The notes under the pieces are model-generated. The model was not told where the DNA came from. It was given only the letters and a program-made list of their open reading frames with translations, and searched no databases. The position numbers and the translations under genes are program-made. Shown here piece by piece: positions 44,198-58,000 of a stretch of 64,000 nt of DNA; the stretch's first letter is position 1; every line of letters starts with the position of its first letter. The DNA is from the human T2T-CHM13v2.0 reference genome, Homo sapiens: the NCBI RefSeq assembly GCF_009914755.1, contig NC_060940.1; one strand, given 5' to 3'.

Positions 44198-47100
44198 TCA
44201 GTGATGTTTCCATTCGACTCCATTCGATGATGATTCCATTCGACTCCATTCGATTATGATTTCATTCAATTCCATTCGATAATGATTCCCTTCGAGTCCA
44301 TTCGATGATTCCATTCGATTCCATTCAACGATGATTTGATTCGTGTCCATTCGATGATTCCATTTGATTCCACTTGATGATGATTCCATTCGAGTCCATT
44401 TGATGATTCCATTCAATTCCATACTCCGATGATTTCTTTTGAGCCCACTCAATGCTTCCACTCGATTCCATATGATGATGACTCCATTCGATGAAATTCG
44501 ATGATGATTCCATTCGCTTGCTTTCGATGATGATTCCACTTGAGTCCGTTAGAAGATTCTATTCAACTACATTCCAGGACGATTCCGTTCGAGTCCATTT
44601 GATGATTCCATTAGACTCCATTCGACGATGATTCCATTCGATGTTATTCGATGATTCCATTCGATCTCATTCGATGATGATTCCATTCAACTCCATTCGA
44701 TGTTTCCATTCGAGTTCATTCTATTATTCCATTAGATTCCATTCGATGATGATTCCATTCGATTCCATTTGATGATTGCATTCTATTTCATTTGATGATG
44801 ATTCCATTCGAGTCCACTCGATGATTCCATTCGAGTCCATTTAATGAATCCATTGGTTTCAATTCTATGATGATTACATTGGATTCCATTCGTTGATGAT
44901 TTCATTCGGTTCCATTCAATGATGATTCCATTCAATTCCTTTCAATGTTTCCATTCAATTCCATACGATGATGATTCCATTTGATTTGATTCGACAGTGA
45001 GCCATTCGATTCAATTCCATGATGATTCTATTTGATTCAATTGGTTGACATTTCCATTCGATTCCATTCGATGATGATTCCCTTTGATTCCGTTCAAAGA
45101 TGATTCCATTCTAGCCCATTCAATCATTCCATTCGATTCTATTCAATGATGATTCCATTCATGTCGATTTGGTGATTCCATTTGACTTCATTTGATGATG
45201 ATTCCTTTCAAGTTCATTAGATGATTCCATTCGATTCCATTTGATGATGATCCCATTCGAGTCCATTCAGTGATTCCATTCGTTTCCATTCCATGATGAT
45301 TCCATTCCTTTCCATTCAATGATTCCATTCGATTCCGTTTGATGATGATTTCATTCGAGTCCATTTGATGATTCCATTTGATTCCATTCGATGATGATTC
45401 CATTCGAGTCCATTCGATGATTCTATTCGAATCCATTTGATGATTTCTTTTGATTATATTTGGTGATGATTCCATTGGAGTCCATTCAATGATTCCATTC
45501 TATTCCAATCGATGATGATTCCATTAGAGTCCATTTAATGATTCCATTTGATTCCAGTCTCTGATGATTACATTCGAGTCCATACGATGATTCCACTCAA
45601 TTCCATATGATGATGATTCCATTTGATTCCATTCGGTGATTCCATTCTATTCTATTCAATGGTGATTCCATTCGAGTACATTAGATGATTCCATTCGATT
45701 CCATTCAATGATGATTCTATTTGTGTCCCTTAGATGATTCCACATGATTCCATTAGATGATGATACTATTTGAGCCCATCCAATGATTCCCTTCGATTCC
45801 ATTCGATGAGGATTCCATTCGATTCAATTCATTGGTGATTCTATTCAATTCAATTCTTTGATTCCATTCCATTCCATTCGACAATGATTCCATTCGATTT
45901 CTTTCGATGATTCCACTCGATTCCACTTGACATTGATTCCATTCGATTCCATTCAATGATTCCATTTGATTCCAGTGGATGATGATTGCCATCGATTCCA
46001 TTCGATCACTCCATTCTATTCCATTTGATGATGATTACATTCGATTCCATTTGATGATTCCATCTGATTCTATTCGAGGATTCCATTTGATTCCATTCGA
46101 TGATGATTCCATTCGAGTCCATTCGATGATTTCATTCGAGTACATCCAATGATTCCATTCGAGTCCATTAGATGATTCCATTTGATTCCATTTGAAAATG
46201 ATTCTACTAGAGTCCATTCAATGACTCCATTCGAGTCCATTCAACAATTCCATTCGACTCCATTCGATGATTCCATTCGATTCCATTTGATGGTTCCATT
46301 CGAGTCCATTTGGTGATTCCACCGGATTTCTTTTGATAATGATATCATTCAATTACATTTGATGATGATCCCATTCAATTTCATTTGATGATGACTCCAT
46401 TAGACTCCATTCGATGATTTCATTCGAGTCCCTTCATTGATTCCATCCGATTTCATTGGATGATGACTCCATTCGAGTCCATTCGATGATTCCACTCGAT
46501 TCCATTAGATGATTCCATTGGAGTCCATTTGATTGTTCCATTCGATTCCATTCGATTCCTTTCGAAGATTATTCCATTTGAGTCCATTCGATGATGATTC
46601 CATTCCATTCCATTCGATGATTCCGTTTGATTCCATTCGATGATTCCCTTTGATTCCTTTCTTAGATGATTCCATTCCATTCCATTCAATGATTCCATTC
46701 GAATCTATTCCGTGATGATTCCTTTCGATTCCATTCGCTGATGTTTCCGTTCAATTCCATTCGGTGATGATTCCATTCGATTCCATTCATTGAGGATTCC
46801 ATTTGATTCCATTCAATGATGATTCCGTTCTATTCCATTCAATGATTGCATTCAATTCCATTCAATGATTATCCCCTTAGAGTAAACTCAACGATTCCAT
46901 TCAATACCATTCGATGATGATTCGTTTTGAGTCCATTCAATGATTTCATTCAAGTCCATTTGATGATTCCTTTCAATTCCATTCTATGATGATTCCATTC
47001 GAGTCCATTCGATGATTCCATTCGATTGCATTCGATGATTCCATTATATTCCAGTCAACGATGATTCCATTCGAGTCCATTCGATGATTCCATTAGAGTA

Positions 47101-50100
47101 CATTTAATGATTGCTTTGTTTTCAATTCGAAGATGATTACATTGGATTCCATTCTTTGATACCATTCGATTCCATTCAATGATGATTCCACTCAAATCTA
47201 TTGGATGATTCCATTCGTTTCCGTTCGGTGATTTCATTAGATTCCATTCGAGGATGATTCCATTCGATTCCATTCGATGATTCCATTCAATTCCATTCGA
47301 TGATGATTCCATTCCAGTCCATATGATCATTCCATTTGATTTCATTCGATGATGATTCCATTCGATTCCATTCGACGATTCCATTCTATTCCATTCGATG
47401 ATGATTCCATTCGAGTCCATTCGATGATTCCATTCGAGTCCATTTAATGATTCCATTGGGTTCAATTCAATGATGATTACATTGGATTCCGTTCTATGAT
47501 TCCATTCAATTCCGTTCATTGACAATTTGATTCCATTCGATGATGATTCCATTTGAGTTCATTCGATGATTCTATTCGATTCTCTTCGATGGTGATTCAA
47601 TTCTATTATATTGGATGATTCCATTCGATTCCATTTCATGTTGATTCAATTCGATTCTATTCGATGATGATTCCATTGGATTTCACTTGATGATTCTATT
47701 CGATTCCATTCAATGATGATTCACTTCTCGTCCATTGGATGATTCCATTTCATTCCATTCGATGATGATTCCATTCGATTCCATTCGATGATTCCATTTC
47801 ATTCCATGCGACGGTGAGCAATTCGATTCAATTCAATGATGATTCTATCTGATTCAATTAGATGATGTTTCCATTCGAATCCATTCCATGATTATTCCAT
47901 TGGAATCCATTCGGCGATGATTCCATATGAGTCAATTCAATGATGATTCCATATGGGTCCGTTCGATGACAATTCCATTTGATTTCATTCGGTGCTTCTA
48001 TTCAATTCCAGTCGATGATGATTCCGTTGGAGTCCATACGATGATTCCATTTGATTTCATTTGATGATGATTCCATTCGATGATGATTACATTGGATTCC
48101 ATTCTCTGATTCCATTCAATTCCATTCGTTGATGATTCGATTCCATTCAATGATGATTCCATTTGAGTTCATTCGATGATTCTATTCGATTCCGTTCGAT
48201 GGTGATTCAATTCTCTTATATTGGATGAATCCACTCGATTCCATTTGATGATTATTCCATTGGAGTCCACTTAGTGAATCCTTCAGATTCTACTCGAAGA
48301 TGATTCCATTCAAGTCCATTCGATGATACCATTCAATTCCATTCGTTGATGCTTCCATTCAAGTGCATTCGATCATATCATTCGATTCCATTTGATGATA
48401 ATTCCATTTGATTCCATGCGATGATTCTATTCGATTCCATTCAATGATAATTCCATTCAGTTCAGTGATTCCTCTGGACTCCATTTGATGATGATTCCAT
48501 TCAATGATTCCATTCGATTCTATTTGAAAATGATTCCATTTCAATCCATTTGATGATGATTCCATTAGATTCCATTTGATGATTCCATTCGATTCCATGC
48601 GACGATGATTCCATTCGATTCCATTTGATGATTCCATTCTATTCTATTCGATGATGATTCCATTTGATTCCATTCGATGATGATTGGATTCGATTCCATT
48701 TGATGATTTCATTTGATTCCATTCGTTAATGATTTCGATCAATTCCATTCGATGATTCCATTCGATTCCATTCGATAATGATTACATCCGTGTGCATTCA
48801 ATGATTCCATTTGAGCCTGTTCGATAATTCCATTTGAGTCCAACCAATGATTCCATTCATTTCCATTCAACGTTTCCATTCGAGTCCATTTGATCATTCC
48901 GGTAGGGTCCATTCGATGTTGATTCCATTGGAGTGCATTCGATGATTCCATTCGAGTCCATTTTATGATTTGATTCGAGTCCTTTCGATGATTCCATTCG
49001 ATTCCACTCGATGATGATTTCATTCGAGTCCATTCGACACTTCCAATCGATTCCATTTGATGTTTCCATTCGAGTCCAATCGATGATTCCATTCAATTCC
49101 ATTCGATGATGATTCCGTATGATTCCATTCTGTGATGATTCCATGTGATTGCATTCAATGATGATTCCTTTAGATTGCATTCGATTGTGATTCATTTCGT
49201 CTTCATTCTATGGTTCCACAGGTTTCCATTCGTGTCCATTCCATTATTCCATTCTATTCCATTTGATGATGATTCCATTCGATTCCATTCATTGGTGATT
49301 CCACTCAATTCCATTCCATTTCTTTCAACAATGATTCCATTAGTTTCTATTCGATGATCCACTTGATTGCATTTGACGACGATTCCATTCGTGTCCATTC
49401 GATGATTCCATTTGATTCCATATGATGATGATTCCATTCGATTCCATACGATGATGATTCCATTCGAGTCCATTCAATGGTGATTCCATTCAATTCCATT
49501 CGATGATTCCTTTCGATTCCATTCGATGATGATGGCATTCGATTCCTTTCAATCATTCCCTTTGATTGCATTCAAAGGTGATTTCATTCAAGTCCATTCG
49601 ATAATTGCATTCGATTCCATTCTATGATGATTCCATTCGAGTCCATTTGATGATTCCATTCAATTCAAGTCAATGATGATTCCATTCGATTCCATTCGAT
49701 GATTCCATTGGATTCCATTCGATGATGATTCCATTCAAATCCATTCGATAATTCAATTCAAGTCCATTCGATGATGATTAAAATCGAATCCATTCAAAGA
49801 TTCCATTCAGTTCCATTCGATGATTCCCTTAGATTCCATTCGATGATTCCACTTGATTTCATTTACGATGATTCCATTCGATTCCATGTGATGATTCCAT
49901 TCAATTCTATTCAATGCTGTTTCCATTTGATTCCATTCGACCATGATTGCCTTTGATTCCATTCAATGACTCCATTCGGTTCCTTCTGATGATGATTCCG
50001 TTCGATTCCATTTCATTATTCCATTTGATTCCATTGGATGAGTCCATTCGATTACATTCGATGATTATTCCATTCGAGTGCATTAGATGATTCCATTCGA

Positions 50101-50273
50101 GTCCATTCGATGATTCCATTCGATTCCATTCGATGTTGATTCTGTTCAAATCCATTCGATGATTCCACTCGATTCCATTCGATGACTCCAGTTGATCCCA
50201 TTCGATGATTTCCTTTGATTCCCTTTGATGATCATTCCATTTGATTCAATTCGGTGATTTCATTTGATTCCAT
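44198..50273 (+). repeat. Complete ~6.1-kb unit, 6076-bp variant
   Basis: All landmarks A-J are in order. Length equals 6112 - 23 (loss of AATCATTACAGTCGAGTCCATTT near 46310) - 13 (near 49310). Confidence 0.85.
47850..47860 (-). promoter_or_regulatory. DUX4 consensus motif TAATTGAATCA (putative)
   Basis: TGATTCAATTA in segment F. Confidence 0.5.
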
Positions 50274-53254
50274 TCAGTGATGTTTCCATTCGACTCCATT
50301 CGATGATGATTCCATTCGACTCCATTCGATTATGATTTCATTCAATTCCATTCGATAATGATTCCCTTCGAGTCCATTCGATGATTCCATTCGATTCCAT
50401 TCAACGATGATTTGATTCGTGTCCATTCGATGATTCCATTTGATTCCACTTGATGATGATTCCATTCGAGTCCATTTGATGATTCCATTCAATTCCATTC
50501 TCCGATGATTTCTTTTGAGCCCATTCAATGCTTCCACTCGATTCCATATGATGATGACTCCATTCGATGAAATTCGATGACGATTCCATTCGCTTGCATT
50601 CGATGATGATTCCACTTGAGTCCATTAGAAGATTCTATTCAATTACATTCCATGACGATTCCGTTCGAGTCCATTTGATGATTCCATTAGACTCCATTCG
50701 ACGATGATTCCATTCGATGTTATTCGATGATTCCATTCGATCTCATTCGATGATGATTCCATTCAACTCCATTCGATGTTTCCATTCGAGTTCATTCTAT
50801 TATTCCATTAGATTCCATTCGATGATGATTCCATTCGATTCCATTTGATGATTGCATTCTATTTCATTTGATGATGATTCCATTCGAGTCCACTCGATGA
50901 TTCCATTCGAGTCCATTTAATGAATCCATTGGTTTCAATTCTATGATGATTACATTGGATTCCATTCGTTGATGATTTCATTCGGGTCCATTCAATGATG
51001 ATTCAATTCAATTCCTTTCAATGTTTCCATTCAATTCCATACGATGATGATTCCATTTGATTTGATTCGACAGTGAGCCATTCGATTCAATTCCATGATG
51101 ATTCTATTTGATTCCATTGGTTGACATTTCCATTCGATTCCATTCGATGATGATTCCCTTTGATTCCATTCAAAGATGATTCCATTCTAGCCCATTCAAT
51201 CATTCCATTCGATTCTATTCAATGATGATTCTATTCATGTCGATTTGGTGATTCCATTTGACTTCATTTGATGATGATTCCTTTCAAGTTCATTAGATGA
51301 TTCCATTCGATTCCATTTGATGATGATCCCATTCGAGTCCATTCAGTGATTCCACTCGTTTCCATTCCATGATGATTCCATTCCATTCCATTCAATGATT
51401 CCATTCGATTCCGTTTGATGATGATTTCATTCGAGTCCATTTGATGATTCCATTTGATTCCATTCGATGATGATTCCATTCGAGTCCATTCGATGATTCT
51501 ATTCGAATCCATTTGATGATTTCTTTTGATTATAGTTGGTGATGATTCCATTGGAGTCCATTCAATGATTCCATTTGATTCCAATCGATGGTGATTCCAT
51601 TAGAGTCCATTTAATGATTCCATTTGATTCCAGTCTCTGATGATTACATTCGAGTCCATACGATGATTCCACTCAATTCCATATGATGATGATTCCATTC
51701 GATTCCATTCGATGATTCCATTCTATTCTATTCAATGGTGATTCCATTCGAGTACATTAGATGATTCCATTCGATTCCAATGATGATTCTATTTGTGTCC
51801 CTTAGATTATTCCACATGATTCCATTAGATGATGATACTATTTGAGCCCATCCAATGATTCCCTTCGATTCCATTCGATGAGGATTCCATTCGATTCAAT
51901 TCATTGGTGATTCTATTCAATTCAATTCTTTGATTCCATTCCATTCCATTCGACAATGATTCCATTCGATTTCTTTCGATGATTCCACTCGATTCCACTT
52001 GACATTGATTCCCTTCGATTCCATTCAATGATTCCATTTGATTCCAGTGGATGATGATTGCCATCGATTCCATTCGATCACTCCATTCTATTCCATTTGA
52101 TGATGATTACATTCGATTCCATTTGACGATTCCATCTGATTCTATTCGAGGATTCCATTTGATTCCATTCGATGATGATTCCATTCGAGTCCATTCGATG
52201 ATTTCATTCGAGTACATCCAATGATTCCATTCGAGTCCATTTGATGATTCCATTTGATTCCATTTGATAATGATTCTACTAGAGTCCATTCAATGACTCC
52301 ATTGGAGTCCATTCAACAATTCCATTCGACTCCATTTGATGATTCCATTCGATTCCATTTGATGATTCCATTCGAGTCCATTTAATCATTACAGTCGAGT
52401 CCATTTGGTGATTCCACCGGATTTCTTTTGATAATGATACCATTCAATTACATTTGATGATGATCCCATTCAATTTCATTTGATGATGATTCCATTAGAG
52501 TCCATTCGATGATTTCATTCGAGTCCCTTCACTGATTCCATCCGATTTCATTGGATGATGACTCCATTCGAGTCCATTCGATGATTCCACTCGATTCCAT
52601 TCGATGATGATTCCCTTAGATTCCATTCGATGATTCCACTTGATTCCATTTACGATGATTCCATTCGATTCCATGTGATGAATCCATTCAATTCTATTCA
52701 ATGATGTTTCCATTTGATTCCATTGGACCATGATTGCCTTTGATTCCATTCAATGATTCCATTCGGTTCCATTTGATGATGATTCCGTTCGATTCCATTT
52801 GATGATTCCATTTGATTCCATTGGATGAGTCCATTCGATTACATTCGATGATTATTCCATTCGAGTGCATTAGATGATTGCATTCGAGTCCATTCGATGA
52901 TTCCATTCGATTCCATTCGATGTTGATTCTGTTCAAATCCATTCGATGATTCCACTCGATTCCATTCGATGACTCCATTTGATCCCATTCGATGATTTCC
53001 TGTGATTCCCTTTGATGATCATTCTATTTGATTCAATTCGGTGATTTCATTTCATTCCATTCAGTGATGTTTCCATTCGACTGTATTCGATGATGATTCC
53101 ATTCGACTCCATTCGATTATGATTTCATTCAATTCCATTCAATAATGATTCCCTTCGAGTCCATTCGATGATTCCATTCGATTCCATTCAACGATGATTT
53201 GATTCGTTTCCATTCGATGATTCCATTTGATTCCACTTGATGATGATTCCATTC

Positions 53255-53460
53255 GAGTCTATTTATGTATTATATTCGTGTCCACTTCATGATTCCATTC
53301 AATTCCATTTAATGTTGATTCCATTTGATTCCATTTGATGATTCAGTTCGATTCCTTGCAATGATTCCCTACGATTCCTTTCTCTGATGATTCCATTAGA
53401 TTCCATTCATTGATGATTTCATTCGACTCCATTCGATGATGATTCCTTTCGATTCCATTC
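53255..53460 (+). repeat. Truncated segment K (first ~200 bp only)
   Basis: GAGTCTATTTATGTATTATATTCGTGTCCACTTCATG...GATTCCCTACGATTCCTTTCTCTG is present, then the sequence jumps to GATGATTGGATTCG of the G/H region. Confidence 0.85.
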
Positions 53461-55002
53461 GATGATGATTGGATTCGATTCCATTTGATTCCATTCGATA
53501 ATGATTTCGATCAATTCCATTCGATGATTCCATTCGATTCCATTCGATAATGATTACATCCGAGTCCATTCGATGATTCCATTTGAGCCCGTTCGATAAT
53601 TCCATTTGAGTCCAATCAATGATTCCATTCATTTCCATTCAATGATTCCATTCGAGTCCATTTGATCATTCCGGTAGGGTCCGTTCGATGTTGATTCCAT
53701 TGGAGTGCATTCGATGATTCCATTCGTGTCCATTTTAGGATTTGATTCGAGTCCTTTCGATGATTCCATTCGATTCCACTCGATGATTTCATTCGAGTCC
53801 ATTCGACACTTCCAATCGATTCCATTTGATGTTTCCATTCGATTCCAATTGATGATTCCATTCAATTCCATTCGATGATGATTCCGTACGATTCCATTCT
53901 GTGATGATTCCATGTGATTGCAATCAATGATGATTCCTTTCGATTGCATTCGATTATGATTCATTTCGTGTTCATTCTATGGTTCCACAGGTTTCCATTC
54001 GATGATGTTTCCATTCGTTTCCATTCCATTATTAGATTCTATTCCATTTGAAGATGATTCCATTCGATTCCATTCATTGGTGATTCCACTCAATTCCATT
54101 CAATGATTCCATTCCATTTCTTTCAACAATGATTCCATTAGTTTCTAATCGATGATCCACTTGATTCCATTTGACGATGATTCCATTCGTGTCTTTTCGA
54201 TGATTCCATTTGATTCCATATGATGATGATTCCATTCGATTCCATACGATGATGATTCCATTCGAGTCCATTCAATGGTGATTCCATTCAATTCCATTCG
54301 ATGATTCCTTTCGATTCCATTCAATGATGATGGCATTCGATTCCTTTCGATCATTCCCTTTGATTCCATTCAAATGTGATTTCATTCAAGTCCATTCGAT
54401 AATTGCATTCGATTCCATTCTATGATGATTCCATTCGAGTCCATTTGATGATTCCATTCAATTCAAGTCAATGATGATTCCATTCGATTCCACTCGATGA
54501 TTCCATTGGATTCCATTCGATGATGATTCCATTCAAATCCATTCGATAATTCAATTCAAGTCCATTCGATGATGATTCCAATCGAATCCATTCAAAGATT
54601 CCACTCAATTCCATTCGATGATGATTCCCTTAGATTCCATTCGATGATTCCACTTGATTCCATTTACGATGATTCCATTCGATTCCATGTGATGATTCCA
54701 TTCAATTCTATTCAATGATGTTTCCACTTGATTCCATTCGAACATGATTGCCTTTGATTCCATTCAATGATTCCATACGGTTCCATTTGATGATGATTCC
54801 ATTCGAGTGCATTAGATGATTCCATTCGAGTCCATTCGATGATTCCATTCGATTCCATTCGATGTTGATTCTGTTCAAATCCATTCGATGATTCCACTCG
54901 ATTCCATTCGATGACTCCATTTGATCCCATTCGATGATTTCCTTTGATTCCCTTTGATGATCATTCCATTTGATTCAATTCGGTGATTTCATTTGATTCC
55001 AT

Positions 55003-58000
55003 TCAGTGATGTTTCCATTCAACTCCTTTCGATGATGATTCCATTCGACTCCATTCGATTATGATTTCATTCAATTCCATTCGATAATGATTCCCTTCAA
55101 GTCCATTCGATGATTCCATTCGATTCCATTCAACGATGATTTGATTCGTGTCCATTCGATGATTCCATTTGATTCCATTTGATGATGATTCCATTCGAGT
55201 CCCTTTCATGATTCCATTCAATTCCATTCTCCGATGATTTCTTTTGAGCCCATTCAATGCTTCCACTCGATTCCATATGATGATGACTCCATTTGATGAA
55301 ATTCCATGATGATTCCATTCGCTTGCATTCGATGATGATTCCACTTGAGTCCGTTAGAAGATTCTATTCAATTACATTCCATGACGATTCTGTTCGAGTC
55401 CATTTGATGATTCCATTAGACTCCATTCGACGATGATTCCATTCGATGTTATTCGATGATGATTCCATTCAACTCCATTCGATGTTTCCATTCGAGTTCA
55501 TTCTATTATTCCATTAGATTCCATTCGATGATGATTCCATTCGATTCCATTTGATGATTGCATTCTATTTCATTTGATGATGATTCCATTCGAGTCCATT
55601 CGATGATTCCATTCGAGTCCATTTAATGAATCCATTGGTTTCAATTCTATGATGATTACATTGGATTCCATACGTTGATGACTTCATTCGATTCCATTCA
55701 ATGATGATTCCATTCAATTCCATTCAATGATTCCATTCAATTCCATACGATGATGATTCCATTTGATTTGATTCGACAGTGAGCCATTCGATTCAATTCC
55801 ATGATGATTCTATTTGATTCAATTGGTTGACATTTCCATTCGATTCCATTCGATGATGATTACATTTGATTCCATTCAAAGATGATTCCATTCTAGCCCA
55901 TTCAATCATTCCATTCGATTCTATTCAATGATGATTCCATTCATGTCGATTTGGTGATTCCATTTGACTTCATTTGATGATGATTCCTTTCAAGTTCATT
56001 AGAAGATTCCATTCGATTCCATTTGATGATGATCCCATTCGAGTCCATTCAGTGATTCCACTCGTTTCCATTCCATGATGATTCCATTCCATTCCATTCA
56101 ATGATTCCATTCGATTCCGTTTGATGATGATTTCATTCGAGTCCATTTGATGATTCCATTTGATTCCATTCGATGATGATTACATTCGAGTCCATACGAT
56201 GATTCCACTCAATTCCATATGATGATGATTCCATTCGATTCCATTCGATGATTCCATTCTATTCTATTCAATGGTGATTCCATTCGAGTACATTAGATGA
56301 TTCCATTCGATTCCATTCAATGATGATTCTATTTGTGTCCCTTAGATGGTTCCACATGATTCCATTTCATGATGATATTATTTGAGCCCATCCAATGATT
56401 CCCTTCGATTCTATTCGATGAGGATTCCATTCGATTCAATTCATTGGTGATTCTATTCAATTCAATTCTTTGATTCCATTCCATTCCATTCGACAATGAT
56501 TCCATTCGATTTCTTTCGATGATTCCACTCGATTCCACTTGACATTGATTCCATTCGATTCCATTCAATGATTCCGTTTGATTCCAGTGGATGATGATTG
56601 CCATCGATTCCATTCGATCACTCCATTCTATTCCATTTGATGATGATTACATTCGATTCCATTTGATGATTCCATCTGATTCTATTCGAGGATTCCATTT
56701 GATTCCATTCGATGATGATTCCATTCGAGTGCATTCGATGATTTCATTCGAGTACATCCAATGATTCCATTCGAGTCCATTTGATGATTCCATTTAATTC
56801 CATTTGATTATGATTCTACTAGAGTCCATTCAATGACTCCATTCGAGTCCATTCAACAATTCCATTCGAGGCCATTCGATGATTCCATTTCATGATTCCA
56901 TTCGAGTCCATTTAATCATTACAGTCGAGTCCATTTGGTGATTCCACTGGATTTCTTTTGATAATGATACCATTCAATTACATTTGATGATGATCCCATT
57001 CAATTTCATTTGATGGTGATTCCATTAGAGTCCATTCGATGATTTCATTCGAGTCCCTTCATTGATTCCATCCGATTTCATTTGATGATGACTCCATTCG
57101 AGTCCATTCGATGATTCCACTCGATTCCTTTAGATGATTTCATTGGAGTCCATTTGATTGTTCCATTCGATTCTATTCGATTCCTTTCGAAGATTATTCC
57201 GTTTGAGTCCATTCGATGATGATTCCATTCCATTCCATTCGATGATTCCGTTTGATTCCATTCGATGATTCCCTTCGATTCCTTTCTTTGATGATTCCAT
57301 TCCATTCCATTCAATGATTCCATTCGAATCTATTCCATGATGATTCCTTTCGATTCCATTCGCTGATGTTTCCGTTCAATTCCATTCGATGATGATTCCA
57401 TTCGATTCCATTCATTGAGGATTCCATTTGATTCCATTCAATGATGATTCCATTCTATTCCATTCAATGATTGCATTCAATTCCATTCAATGATTATCCC
57501 ATTAGAGTAAACTCAACGATTCCATTCAATACCATTCGATGATGATTCCTTTTGAGTCCATTCAATGATTTCATTCAAGTCCATTTGATGATTCCTTTCA
57601 ATTCCATTCTATGATGATTCCATTCGAGTCCATTCGATGATTCCATTCGATTGCATTCGATGATTCCATTATATTCCATTCAACAATGATTCCATTCGAG
57701 TCCATTCCATGATTCCATTAGAGTACATTTAATGATTGCTTTGTTTTCAATTCGAAGATGATTACATTGGATTCCATTCTATGATACCATTCGATTCCAT
57801 TCAATGATGATTCCACTCAAATCCATTGGATGATTCCATTCGTGTCCATTCGGTGATTTCATTAGATTCCATTCGAGGATGATTCCATTCGATTCCATTC
57901 GATGATTCCATTCAATTCCATTCGATGATGATTCCATTCCAGTCCATATGATCATTCCATTTGATTTCATTCGATGATGATTCCATTCGATTCCATTCGA

